Shown here one piece after another: positions 27,241 to 36,955 of a stretch of DNA of 64,000 bases. Source of the stretch: Actinomycetota bacterium (GTDB lineage: Bacteria > Actinomycetota > Actinomycetes > Propionibacteriales > Propionibacteriaceae); assembly GCA_046732135.1 (NCBI GenBank), contig JBKPML010000075.1:1222-65221 (forward strand), read 5' to 3'. A program made the translations under genes and the position numbers. Below the pieces are notes generated by a model, which did no database searches, was not told where the DNA came from, and was given only the letters and a program-made list of their open reading frames with translations. The stretch's first letter is position 1; each line of letters begins with the position of its first letter.

Positions 27241-28669
27241 CGTTGCAAACCTTCTCGAGTGACATGGGAAGCAGGTCAAGGTGGGCGCGGGTAACGCCCG
27301 CCCCCGGTTCACCGCCGAAGATCACGCGAGCAGTGCCGAGCCCGAATCCCGACAGGTCGATCCGGAAGACGTACGGGTCCTCTTCGTTGTCGGGGTGGAG
27401 CACGAAGCCGCTGAGCAGGGACGGCAATGGACTTAGTGCTCGGATCATCAGGCGGCCGTGGCGGACGACAATTTGAACTCCCAGACCAACCATGGACCAC
27501 GCCTGCATGTCGGTCGGCTGAGCTCGAGGTCGGTACAACCCGCAGAGCTCACCCCAAAGCTCGGGATGGTGCGGGACGTCACTCCTGATCGTTGGTTTGG
27601 CTACGCCGATCAGGTTGTTCAGCAGCTGTCCAACCTCGGCGGGCAGCCACATCAGCGCCTGCCGCGCTCCGTTGGTGAAGGCCAGGACGCCGAGACCGTC
27701 ATCGGGTGCCAGGAAGATCTGTGAGTGAAATCCGGGAAGGATCCCTTGATGCTCCACCACACGATGGCCACCACTTTCGACCCGAAAGAACCCGAGACCG
27801 ATGCCAGGCACACGGGGGTCCGGTTGGTAGTGGGCTTCGAACATGCTGGCAAGCGTCCCTGGTCTCAGAATCGAGCCCTGCTGGTTTGCCCCGCCGCCGA
27901 TTAATGCCGAGAGATAGCGCGCCATGTCCGCTGAGCTGGAGTAGATGGAGGACGCGGCTGCAGTCAACCATTGCCGGTCCGTAATCGCACTGGCGCCACG
28001 CGAGCGCAGGTTGTATCCGGTCGCGAGGCGCGAGCGAACTCGATCGGATCGAACCAGGTCGGAATCCGCCATTCCAAGCGGCTCGAAGATGTGGTCGCGG
28101 AAGTACCGATCAAGAGGCTGCCCGCTGACGTCCTCAACAATCTGACCGAGGGTTGCGAATCCGTGGTCGGTGTAAGTGAATGTCGTACCTGGCTCGACCG
28201 CCAGCCGCAGGCCGCCGCGGTAGTACTCCGCAAGGGTTGGCCGGCGCTCGTCCAGCTCAACGCTTTCCCCGAACCAGCCGCTACGTACCGCCTGCCACGG
28301 ATGCACCATCTGCGGAATCCCGGCTGTATGGGTGAGCAGGTGCCGTACCGTCGCCGGACGGAAACCGCGCTTCGCGGGAATCAATCGGTAAGCGCGCAAA
28401 TAGTTCTGAGCTGGGGCGTCGAGATCGATCAAACCTTGCTCGTACAGCTTCATTACCGCGATCGCGGTGAAGGTCTTGGTGATTGAACCAATCCGAAAAA
28501 TTGTCTCTTCGGTAACGCGCCTTCCGGACTCGATGTCAGCGAGGCCGTGCCCGTAGAAGTATTCGAGGGATCCATCGTTGACCACGCCCACGGCCAAGCC
28601 AACCGCGGGCCAGCGGTTCAGGATTCCGTCGACTCTTGCCTGAAGCGCAAGTTGATCAGTTTGTCGCAC
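27227..28669 (-). CDS. Serine hydrolase, beta-lactamase class C/esterase family (paralog A)
   Basis: SITK, LLTHTAG, YTD and HQG motifs. Confidence 0.85.
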   Translation of the reverse strand: MRQTDQLALQARVDGILNRWPAVGLAVGVVNDGSLEYFYGHGLADIESGRRVTEETIFRIGSITKTFTAIAVMKLYEQGLIDLDAPAQNYLRAYRLIPAKRGFRPATVRHLLTHTAGIPQMVHPWQAVRSGWFGESVELDERRPTLAEYYRGGLRLAVEPGTTFTYTDHGFATLGQIVEDVSGQPLDRYFRDHIFEPLGMADSDLVRSDRVRSRLATGYNLRSRGASAITDRQWLTAAASSIYSSSADMARYLSALIGGGANQQGSILRPGTLASMFEAHYQPDPRVPGIGLGFFRVESGGHRVVEHQGILPGFHSQIFLAPDDGLGVLAFTNGARQALMWLPAEVGQLLNNLIGVAKPTIRSDVPHHPELWGELCGLYRPRAQPTDMQAWSMVGLGVQIVVRHGRLMIRALSPLPSLLSGFVLHPDNEEDPYVFRIDLSGFGLGTARVIFGGEPGAGVTRAHLDLLPMSLEKVCNGEHH

Positions 28670-30107
28670 GGCTCACCGTTCTTGAGACACTCGGTTGCCT
28701 GGGATCGATCGGTGTGATGGTGCCAAACCTGTCCTCCAGCGACGCTGCCGCGTTCAGGCACAAGTCCTCGCCGTATCGAGGTCCGACCAGCTGAACCGCC
28801 TGCGGGAGACCAGCGGCGACACCTACCGGAACGGCGACGGCGGGAAGGCCGAGCGCGTTGACCGCCAGAGACATCCGCATTCCGCGGACGATCTCGGCGA
28901 CCTCGGCGACCGTCAGGTCCTTGCCGGCCTCGAACGGCGTATCGGTGCAAATCGGGGCCAGTACCAGAGGATGGTTCTCCTGAAACTCTCCCCACGACTG
29001 AAGCAGTGATTGCCGAATGATGAAGCTTTGGACCGTCGTGACGGGATCCGCATCGCCCGCCACCTCGAAGAACGCCGACATGAACCGATTGGTGTCGACC
29101 GGCATCGACGCTGAGATCAACTGCCACCCGGCCCTGATGTCCGGGGTGCTGAGCATGTCGAGCAGAATCTTCGCCGCGAGCCCGATGGATGGCGGCTCGA
29201 CCTCGGCAACCTCGTAGCCCGCATCGGCCAGAGCGCCGGCCGCCATCCGAACACCGTCCTGCACCTGGTTCCCCGTGCCTTGGCCAGCCGGGTCCATCAC
29301 CACGGCCACGCCAATGGGCCGGTCAGCTTTGACGCTGTGCAGCGGTACCGGCACCGTCCAGGGATCGCGCCAAGTTGGTCCAGCGATCACATTCAAGGTG
29401 ATCCGGAGGTCCGCCACACGGCGCGCGATCGGGCCCTCGACCGCCGTCAGCTGGACGCCGATTGGTGCGTTTCGGGGCTCGAGTGTCGACGCATGCGGAA
29501 CGCGTCCGAGGGTTGGCTTCAGCGCGCACACCCCGCAGCACTGGGCTGGCCATCGAAGCGATCCCAGTCCATCGGTGCCAAGCCCCAGCGGCGTCATCCC
29601 GGTCGCCAGGGCGGCAGCCTCGCCGCCGCTCGAGGCGCCCGGAGTGAGAAAGCGATCCCACGGATTAACCGTGGCGCCCCATAATTCGCTCTCGGTGTGC
29701 CACCGAACTGCGAACGTCGGAAGGTTCGTGCGGCCGATTGGGATCCCGCCTGCGGCCTTGAGCCGCTCGACAACGGGCGCATCCAGACTCGGATAGGCGG
29801 CGTCAAACGCCCTCGCGCCCAAAGTGGTCGCGGTGCCCAGGAGATCGATATTGGCCTTGACAGTGAACGGAACGCCATGCAGCGCCGGCAGATCACCGCC
29901 ATCGGCGAGCGCACGATCGGCTGCTTTGGCCGCTTGCAACGCCTGCTCCCCGAGTACGACGGGAACGGCGTTGACAGCAGGATTGACGGCCTCAATCCGC
30001 TTGAGATGGGATTCCATGACCTCTTGGCACGAAGTTCGCCGCGATCTGATGGCTTCGGCCAGCTCGACGGCGCTCATCTGCCAAAGCTCGGCAGTCGTGA
30101 CGCTCAT
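28656..30107 (-). CDS. Amidase signature family enzyme
   Basis: HGVPFTVK, GASSGG and GTDGLGSLRWPA (K-cisS-S triad). Confidence 0.9.
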   Translation of the reverse strand: MSVTTAELWQMSAVELAEAIRSRRTSCQEVMESHLKRIEAVNPAVNAVPVVLGEQALQAAKAADRALADGGDLPALHGVPFTVKANIDLLGTATTLGARAFDAAYPSLDAPVVERLKAAGGIPIGRTNLPTFAVRWHTESELWGATVNPWDRFLTPGASSGGEAAALATGMTPLGLGTDGLGSLRWPAQCCGVCALKPTLGRVPHASTLEPRNAPIGVQLTAVEGPIARRVADLRITLNVIAGPTWRDPWTVPVPLHSVKADRPIGVAVVMDPAGQGTGNQVQDGVRMAAGALADAGYEVAEVEPPSIGLAAKILLDMLSTPDIRAGWQLISASMPVDTNRFMSAFFEVAGDADPVTTVQSFIIRQSLLQSWGEFQENHPLVLAPICTDTPFEAGKDLTVAEVAEIVRGMRMSLAVNALGLPAVAVPVGVAAGLPQAVQLVGPRYGEDLCLNAAASLEDRFGTITPIDPRQPSVSRTVSRATN

Positions 30108-30169
30108 ACCTACCTTCGTTCACCGCACCGATGTGGTGACAAACGAGGCGATCGGCCCGAAGCTGGTTG

Positions 30170-31576
30170 ATGATCGAGGGGGTGGTCCTGACGGAAAGGC
30201 TAACCGCCGAAGACCTACTCATGCTATGGCCGGACAAGGTCTGGCCACAGGAGATCGGTGCCCTGGCCGTGCTCGACGGACGCCGGCTGATAGAAACTGG
30301 TGGCCGGTTCCGGATCGAGGCTGTTCAGGACGCCGTTCAGAACAGGCTGCATCTGGTGCCCAGGTTCCGGCAGCTCTTGTACGTTCCGCGTCGAGGGCTT
30401 GGCCCCCCGCTGTGGGTAGATGCGCCCGCCTTCGATCTCAATGACCACCTAAGGGTCGCTCAAGTTGAGTCCCCTGGCGACGAGACTCAACTTCTGCGGA
30501 CGACGGAGCGGCTGCGACGGCGGCGTCTGGATCGAACCCGCCCGCTGTGGGAGATGTGGTTTCTTTCTGGGCTGCCCGACAACCGGATCGGCCTGTTCGT
30601 GCGCATGCACCACGTGATCGCCGATGGCATGGCCGGGATCGCAACGGTCAGCGCGTTCCTCGACACCGAACCCGATTCGCCAGCCCCTTCCGCGCAGCCG
30701 TGGACGCCGACGGTCATGCCGAGAGCGCGCGAACTACTCACCGACAACGCCAGGCGACGGGTAGCCGTCCTGCGAAATGGTCTATCCAACCTCGTACGAT
30801 CCGGAACCAGCCTGCGTCGGATGCGGACCACCTGGCCGGAGATGCGCGGCTTCTTCACTCAGAAACCACAGCCGGGGACCAGCCTGAACCGGACAGTCGG
30901 CCCCGATCGAAACCTCGCTCTCATCCGCAGCGATCTGGACACGGTCAAGGGGGTCGCGCACAGCAATAAGGCGACCGTCAACGATGTCGTCCTCACCGTC
31001 GTCGCGGGCGGTTTGAGCGAGCTGTTGCGCAGTCGTGGCGAAGCCGTCGACGAGGTTCTCCTGCCGACGTACGTGCCCGTCACCTTGCGGCACGGACAGC
31101 GGGATCAGGCGCGCGGAAATCTAATCGGGCAGATGGTGGTTCCGCTACCCCTCGGGGTCTCGGACCCGATTGAACGGCTTCACCAGATAGCGGCGGACAC
31201 GGTCAGACAAAAGGCAAGACCGCATCCCGCCTTGGGCACATTGCTGTCCAGTCGGGTCGCCCGTTGGGTGCTGCTGAAGTTCCTGGACCGCCAGCCGGTG
31301 AACGTGACCACGGCGGACCTGCCAGGTCCACAGGTGCAGGCCTATTTTGCTGGAGCTCGGCTTGTCGAGGTATTTCCCTTGCTGCCATTGATCGGGAAGG
31401 TGCCGCTGGGTGTGGGTGCGCTGTCCTATTCGGGACAGTTCAACATCATGGTCGTTGCCGATCGGGATGCCTGCCCAGACCTCGACGTCTTCACTGCCGG
31501 GGTCCGAGCCGCGCTCCAGGCCCTGGAGCGGCAGCCGCTGCAGCGGCCGGAAGCGCCCCTTGCTGAAGCCCCGTAG
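30170..31576 (+). CDS. Wax ester synthase/diacylglycerol acyltransferase (WS/DGAT)
   Basis: LDRTRPLWEM, HHVIADG catalytic motif, ATVNDVVL and ALSYSG. Confidence 0.9.
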   Translation: MIEGVVLTERLTAEDLLMLWPDKVWPQEIGALAVLDGRRLIETGGRFRIEAVQDAVQNRLHLVPRFRQLLYVPRRGLGPPLWVDAPAFDLNDHLRVAQVESPGDETQLLRTTERLRRRRLDRTRPLWEMWFLSGLPDNRIGLFVRMHHVIADGMAGIATVSAFLDTEPDSPAPSAQPWTPTVMPRARELLTDNARRRVAVLRNGLSNLVRSGTSLRRMRTTWPEMRGFFTQKPQPGTSLNRTVGPDRNLALIRSDLDTVKGVAHSNKATVNDVVLTVVAGGLSELLRSRGEAVDEVLLPTYVPVTLRHGQRDQARGNLIGQMVVPLPLGVSDPIERLHQIAADTVRQKARPHPALGTLLSSRVARWVLLKFLDRQPVNVTTADLPGPQVQAYFAGARLVEVFPLLPLIGKVPLGVGALSYSGQFNIMVVADRDACPDLDVFTAGVRAALQALERQPLQRPEAPLAEAP

Positions 31577-31640
31577 ACGAGCAGGAGATTGCCGGAGCCA
31601 TCGAAGCGGTGGCGGCTGCCGAGCAGCAGCCTTTCCGGCG

Positions 31641-32438
31641 TTATGGCCTACGCCAGCCGTCGCTGTCGATGTGGGAGCCGGCCTGCGGGCCCATTTGGAG
31701 CATGCCGCCATCGACCACCCATGACGCGCCCGTGACATATGCGGCCTTGGGACTGGCGAGGAAGCTGATCACCGCCGCGATCTCCCGTGCGTCGCCCGGC
31801 CGGCGCAGTGGAATTCCTGGGCGTTCCTGCTGGTGCGGGTCCAGGTCTTCCTGGCCGGTCATCGGAGTAGCGATCTCCCCCGGTGCAACGGAGTTTGCCG
31901 TGATCCCGTGTCGGCCAAGCTCCAGGGCAAAGGTCTTCATCAGGCCGCCGAGGCCGTGCTTTGCCGCGTCGTACGGGCCCGAGCCGACGCGAGGCTGATG
32001 TTCATGAACACTGGTCACCGCTATCAAGCGGCCACCCTTGCCACCGGCCACCATCTGCTTAGCGGCCCGTTGCAGGCAGACGAATGCGCCATCAAGATCG
32101 ACTGCGACGATTTTGCGCCACTGGTCGTACGACATGTCAACCAGCAGGGTCGAACCTCCGGTGCCGGCGTTGTTGACGAAGACGTCGAGGCCCCCGAGTT
32201 GCTTGGCAAGATCGTTCACCACTGCGCCGCAGCCCGGCAGATCACTGGTGTCCAGCTGCGCGATATACGCTTTCCGCCCCGCCGCTCGGACCTCCTCGGC
32301 GGTCGCCTCGGCGCCCTCGGAATCGGAATGCCAGGTAATCCCGATGTCCATGCCGTCCTTCGCCAATGCCACCGCTGTGGCCTTGCCGATCCCAGAGTCG
32401 GACGCAGTGACAATGGCGTAGCGCGGTTCAAAGGTCAT
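31641..32438 (-). CDS. SDR family oxidoreductase (YohF-like)
   Basis: TASDSGIG, NNAG, SVHEHQP, YDAAK and PGEIATPM motifs. Confidence 0.9.
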   Translation of the reverse strand: MTFEPRYAIVTASDSGIGKATAVALAKDGMDIGITWHSDSEGAEATAEEVRAAGRKAYIAQLDTSDLPGCGAVVNDLAKQLGGLDVFVNNAGTGGSTLLVDMSYDQWRKIVAVDLDGAFVCLQRAAKQMVAGGKGGRLIAVTSVHEHQPRVGSGPYDAAKHGLGGLMKTFALELGRHGITANSVAPGEIATPMTGQEDLDPHQQERPGIPLRRPGDAREIAAVISFLASPKAAYVTGASWVVDGGMLQMGPQAGSHIDSDGWRRP

Positions 32439-32446
32439 GGGCTGAG

Positions 32447-32472
32447 TTTCCCACGGTCGCCGCCTGGAAAAC
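32447..32472 (-). promoter_or_regulatory. SigB-type promoter, probably leaderless transcript
   Basis: Minus strand reads GTTT-N16-GGGAAA, ending 8 nt before ATG 32438. Confidence 0.55.
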
Positions 32473-32525
32473 CTGGCTGGTCAAGCCATCCCAAGCGGGC
32501 ACCGCCTGGCTGGTGGCGAACGGCT

Positions 32526-32575
32526 TTGACATTTCAGCAGCTGCGTGTTTAGATCGATCTAAATAGATCGATCTA
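32526..32575 (+). promoter_or_regulatory. Promoter (-35 TTGACA) overlapped by two abutting LacI-type operators
   Basis: TTGACA at 32526-31. Perfect palindromes TTTAGATCGATCTAAA (32548-63) and TAGATCGATCTA (32564-75), each with central CG. Confidence 0.8.
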
Positions 32576-32602
32576 AAACTGGCTTAGCTGGCGGATTGGG
32601 TC

Positions 32603-33622
32603 ATGGCGCGTACGACGTTGATTGACGTTGCCCGGCATTGCGGGGTATCTCGAGCGACCGTGAGCCTGGTGTTGAACGACAGCCCACTGGTGGCGGATCA
32701 GACCGCCAAGCGGGTCCGACAGGCGATGTCTGAGTTGGGCTATGTCTACAACAAAGCAGCTGCGTCGCTGCGGACTCAGCGGAGCGACGCAATCGGTGTG
32801 GTGATGACCGAGATCACGAATCCGTACTTTGCGGAGTTCGCCGCCGGGCTGCAGGAGATCCTGACTGAATCTCGCACGGTGCCGCTGCTTGCCATCAGCG
32901 GCGAGGACCGGGCTCTACAACACCGGTTGATGACGTCGCTGGTGGAACGCAACGTCGACGGGATCGTCCTGATCCCTGCGCACGGAACCAAAGCGGATGA
33001 CCTTCCAGATCTGCTTGGTATCCCTTTGGTGCTGATGGCTCGACGGCTACCCGGCACCGACGTCGATTACGTGGGTGCCCAGAACCGCGACGGCGGATAC
33101 GCTGCAGCCGAACACCTGTACCGCCATGGCTGCCGCAACATCGCCTTCGTCGGCGGCTTCACTGATGCCTCGGCCCGAGAGGAGCGGGCGGGCGGAGTGA
33201 GCGCCTTTCTCAAAGCGCACGGCCTCGTACTCGACGAGGACCACTCCGTGACCTGCGAGCCTCTGCGGCCCCTCGCTCGCGCTGCCGCTATGCGGCTGCT
33301 GACCGACCACGTGGACGTCGATGCGATCGTCTGCTTCAACGACGTCGTCGCTTTCGGGGTCTTGGACGCAATCGCCGATTTGGGGCTTCGCGTTGGCAGC
33401 GACGTCCGGGTGATCGGTTTCGACGACGTGCATGACGCCGGCCTCAACCGGCCCTCGCTCAGCAGCGTTGCCGTGCCGGCTCGTGAAACCGGCCGCCGGG
33501 CCGCGCAACTTGCGCTGGAACGTGGCGCCGGATCCACGAAGCCGACCGTACGCGAGGAATTCCCGACCAAGCTTCAGCCGCGCGAGACCTGCGGCTGCCC
33601 CCATCCCCAATCGCTGATCTGA
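32603..33622 (+). CDS. LacI family transcriptional regulator
   Basis: TLIDVARHCGVSRATVSLVLN HTH, LGYVYNKAAASLR hinge and IGFDD. Confidence 0.95.
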   Translation: MARTTLIDVARHCGVSRATVSLVLNDSPLVADQTAKRVRQAMSELGYVYNKAAASLRTQRSDAIGVVMTEITNPYFAEFAAGLQEILTESRTVPLLAISGEDRALQHRLMTSLVERNVDGIVLIPAHGTKADDLPDLLGIPLVLMARRLPGTDVDYVGAQNRDGGYAAAEHLYRHGCRNIAFVGGFTDASAREERAGGVSAFLKAHGLVLDEDHSVTCEPLRPLARAAAMRLLTDHVDVDAIVCFNDVVAFGVLDAIADLGLRVGSDVRVIGFDDVHDAGLNRPSLSSVAVPARETGRRAAQLALERGAGSTKPTVREEFPTKLQPRETCGCPHPQSLI

Positions 33623-33655
33623 ATTCACACATATTCCGAAGGATCAATCACGCAA

Positions 33656-35296
33656 ATGCGCACAGTGCCCGTGCTGACCGGCGCAGACGCCGCTCGGCTG
33701 ATTGCAGACTCCGACGTCATCACCGTCTCCTCTTCCTCCGCACTCGGCTGTCCCGACGCCGTGCTGGAGGCCATTGGACGGCGATACGCCGAAACCGGCT
33801 CTCCGGCAAGTCTTACCGCTCTTCATCCGATCGCAGCCGGTGATATGTACGGGGTCAAGGGGATTGATCATCTTTGCCAGCCGGGTCAGCTGCGCCGGGT
33901 GCTGGCTGGCTCGTACCCATCCGGCGGATCCAAGCTCGATCCGCCGCTAATCCGCAAGCTCATTCACTCCGACCAGATTCAGGCACTGAACATTCCGTCT
34001 GGGGTGCTCTTTCAGATGCACCGAGCAGCTTCGACTGGTCAGCCGGGAGTGCTTACCGAGGTCGGCCTAGGGACGTACGCGGACCCGCGGCAAGAGGGGG
34101 CGAAGATGAACGCTGTGACCGACGACTTCGTCCAGCTGATGAAGTTCGGCGGCAAGGAATACCTCTTCTATCCGGCGGTCAAGGTGGATGTTGCCATCAT
34201 CCGCGCCACGACCGCCGATCCGTACGGAAACCTCTCGCACGAGCACGAGGGTGGCACCCTCGGTGCACTTGACCAGGCCTACGCCGCCCATAACGACGGC
34301 GGCATTGTGATTGCCCAAGTGAAACGGTTGTCCGAGGAGCAGCTGCCCACCCAGAGTGTCCGAGTGCCTGGTGTCCTGGTCGACGCCGTCGTCGTCGCGC
34401 CCGATCAGCTGCAGACCACCCAGACCGTCTACGACCCTGCATTGTCCGGCGAGGTGCACCGCGACCTCGACGACATCGAACCAATCGCATTCGGCTTGGA
34501 GAAGGTGATTGCGCGCCGCGCCGCCGCCGAGCTCCAGGTCGACGCCACGGTGAACCTCGGCTTCGGAATCTCCGCCGCCGTGCCCAGGGTGCTGCTGGAG
34601 GAGGGCCACGCGGAGGATGTCACCTGGGTGATCGAACAGGGTGCGGTGGGTGGTTTTCCCGCGACCGGGTTCGCATTCGGCTGCGCGTTGAACCCTCAGG
34701 CGGTCGTCCAGAGCGTTGATCAGTTCACCCTGCTGCAAGGCGGGGGCTTCGACGTGGCGATGCTGTCCTTCCTGGAAGTGTCCGGCAAGGGCGACGTCAA
34801 TGTGTCGTACCTGCCTGCCCGGCCACATGTCACCGCCGGCGTCGGTGGCTTCAACGACATCGTCACCCGAGCGCCCAAGATCGTGTACTCCGGTTACTTC
34901 ACCGCTGGCAAGAAGGACATCCAGATTGCGGACGGCCAGCTCGATATCGTTTCCGATGGCACGGTCGCCAAGTTCGTCCCGGAGGTCGCCCAGATTTCCT
35001 TCTCCGGCGAGATGGCACGGCGTCGCCGCCAAGACGTCCTCTATGTCACCGAACGTTGCGTCATCCAGTTGACCGAGGCGGGGCTTACGGTGATCGAGAT
35101 CGCCCCCGGCGTCGACCTCGAACGTGACGTGCTGGCCAAAGCGGAAGTACCGCTGCTCGTGAGCCACGATTTGCGGCTGATGTCAGCGGCCCTTTTCCGA
35201 CCCGAGCCGATGGGACTGATCTTGTCTCACAAACCATCTCGGATCGCCCGCTTCCTTCAGCAAAGAGATCAACCCCAGCACACCGGGCGCACCTGA
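33656..35296 (+). CDS. Acyl-CoA:acetate/3-ketoacid CoA transferase (fused, YdiF/Pct type)
   Basis: GLGTYADPR, NLGFGI, catalytic IEQG, GGFNDI and YVTERCV motifs. Confidence 0.9.
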   Translation: MRTVPVLTGADAARLIADSDVITVSSSSALGCPDAVLEAIGRRYAETGSPASLTALHPIAAGDMYGVKGIDHLCQPGQLRRVLAGSYPSGGSKLDPPLIRKLIHSDQIQALNIPSGVLFQMHRAASTGQPGVLTEVGLGTYADPRQEGAKMNAVTDDFVQLMKFGGKEYLFYPAVKVDVAIIRATTADPYGNLSHEHEGGTLGALDQAYAAHNDGGIVIAQVKRLSEEQLPTQSVRVPGVLVDAVVVAPDQLQTTQTVYDPALSGEVHRDLDDIEPIAFGLEKVIARRAAAELQVDATVNLGFGISAAVPRVLLEEGHAEDVTWVIEQGAVGGFPATGFAFGCALNPQAVVQSVDQFTLLQGGGFDVAMLSFLEVSGKGDVNVSYLPARPHVTAGVGGFNDIVTRAPKIVYSGYFTAGKKDIQIADGQLDIVSDGTVAKFVPEVAQISFSGEMARRRRQDVLYVTERCVIQLTEAGLTVIEIAPGVDLERDVLAKAEVPLLVSHDLRLMSAALFRPEPMGLILSHKPSRIARFLQQRDQPQHTGRT

Positions 35297-35335
35297 CCGA
35301 CCGGTCCCAGTTGCCAACCATGGAAAGGAACCACC

Positions 35336-36955
35336 ATGGCCGCTTCCTACTACGACTACGTGATTGTCGGCGCCGGCGCCGCCGGATGCGCGGTTGCCAA
35401 TCGGTTGTCTGCCGACCCCCAAACGTCCGTTTTGCTGCTCGAGGCCGGAGGCAAAGACTGGTCACCACTGGTCCACATACCCGTTGGGTTCACCAAGCTC
35501 GGCGGTCCTCGCTACAACTGGGAGTTTTCAACGATCCCGCAGCCGCAGCTGAACAACCGGGAGATGTGGTATCCCCAAGGCAGGACGCTCGGTGGCAGCA
35601 CCTCGATCAACGCGATGATCTATATCCGCGGCCAGAAACAGGACTACGAGGCCTGGGCCGCCATGGGCAACCCTGAGTGGGGTTATGAGCAGGTGCTGCC
35701 ATTCTTCCGCCGGGCCGAGGCGAATGAGCGGCTGAACGATCGATACCACAGCAGCGTCGGTGCCGTGAGCGTCGTCGAACAGGTCCAGCACAACAAATTG
35801 AGCAAGGCGTTCATCCGGGCCGCCCAGGAGCTTGGCGTTTCCTACAACGCTGACTTCAATGGCGCCTGCCAGGAAGGGGTTGGCTGGTACGACGTCACCC
35901 AGAAGAACGCCCAGCGGGACAGCGCCTCGACCGCCTACCTGAAGCCCGCCCGCAATCGCCCCAACCTGACGATCGAAACGCATGCGGTCGGCCGCAAGAT
36001 CATCGTGAATAACGGCTACGCCGTGGGACTGGAATACACCAAGAAGGACGAGCAGGTTACCGTCCGGGTCGACCGCGAGTTGATCTTGAGCGGCGGCGCG
36101 ATCAACTCGCCGCGGCTGATGCTGCTCTCCGGTATCGGCCCTGGCGATGAGCTAAGTGCACTGGGGATTCCCGTCCAGCTCGACCTGCCCGGTGTGGGGA
36201 AGAACCTCCAGGACCATATGGATGTCTACCTGACCGCGGCCACGGCGCCGGTCAGCTACAACGCATCCGATCGACCGGACAAAGCCCTGCTCGCCGGCCT
36301 GCAGTACATCACCACCAAGACCGGCCCGGTCACCGCGTGCGTCTGCGAGGCGGGAATGTTCGTTCGCAGCACGCCCGATGTGCCAACCCCTGACATTCAG
36401 ATGCACGCCCTCCCCGCCTACGTCATCGACCACGGCCGGATGCGCATCCGTGGCCACGGCATGACGATCAACACCTGTCATCTGCGGCCGAAAAGTATCG
36501 GATCGGTCAGGTTGCACTCCGCGAACCCGGCCGATCCGCCGGAGATCGACCCGGCATTCTTGACTGACCCTTACGACTGGGAGAAATCCTTGGAGGGATT
36601 CCGCTGGGGCCGGGAGATGATGCGCAGCAAGGCGTATCAACCGCTTGTCCTGAAGGAGTTTCTCCCCTCTGCCGAGGTCAAGACGGACAAGGAGATCCGC
36701 GACTACGTCAAGCAGTGGGCGAAGACCGACTACCACCCGGTCGGCACCTGCAAGATGGGCGAGGACGAATTCGCGGTCGTTGATCAAGAACTCAAGGTCC
36801 GCGGCATGGAGAGCCTGCGGGTGATCGACGCCTCGATCATGCCGAAGTTGATCAGCGGCAACACCATGGCTACGTCGACCATGATCGGTGAAAAGGGCGC
36901 CCACCACGTGCTGCGCGGCCTGACCCCTCCTGACCTCAGGGACGGCCCGATATGA
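35336..36955 (+). CDS. GMC oxidoreductase (choline/sorbose dehydrogenase-like)
   Basis: GAGAAG, GRTLGGSTSINAMIYIRG, GVGKNLQDH, YHPVGTCKMG and GNT. Confidence 0.9.
   Translation: MAASYYDYVIVGAGAAGCAVANRLSADPQTSVLLLEAGGKDWSPLVHIPVGFTKLGGPRYNWEFSTIPQPQLNNREMWYPQGRTLGGSTSINAMIYIRGQKQDYEAWAAMGNPEWGYEQVLPFFRRAEANERLNDRYHSSVGAVSVVEQVQHNKLSKAFIRAAQELGVSYNADFNGACQEGVGWYDVTQKNAQRDSASTAYLKPARNRPNLTIETHAVGRKIIVNNGYAVGLEYTKKDEQVTVRVDRELILSGGAINSPRLMLLSGIGPGDELSALGIPVQLDLPGVGKNLQDHMDVYLTAATAPVSYNASDRPDKALLAGLQYITTKTGPVTACVCEAGMFVRSTPDVPTPDIQMHALPAYVIDHGRMRIRGHGMTINTCHLRPKSIGSVRLHSANPADPPEIDPAFLTDPYDWEKSLEGFRWGREMMRSKAYQPLVLKEFLPSAEVKTDKEIRDYVKQWAKTDYHPVGTCKMGEDEFAVVDQELKVRGMESLRVIDASIMPKLISGNTMATSTMIGEKGAHHVLRGLTPPDLRDGPI

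Noticed and set aside
25711-28669. Beta-lactam resistance genes
   Set aside because: No signal peptides, long C-terminal extensions and non-canonical motif 3; more likely cytoplasmic esterases.
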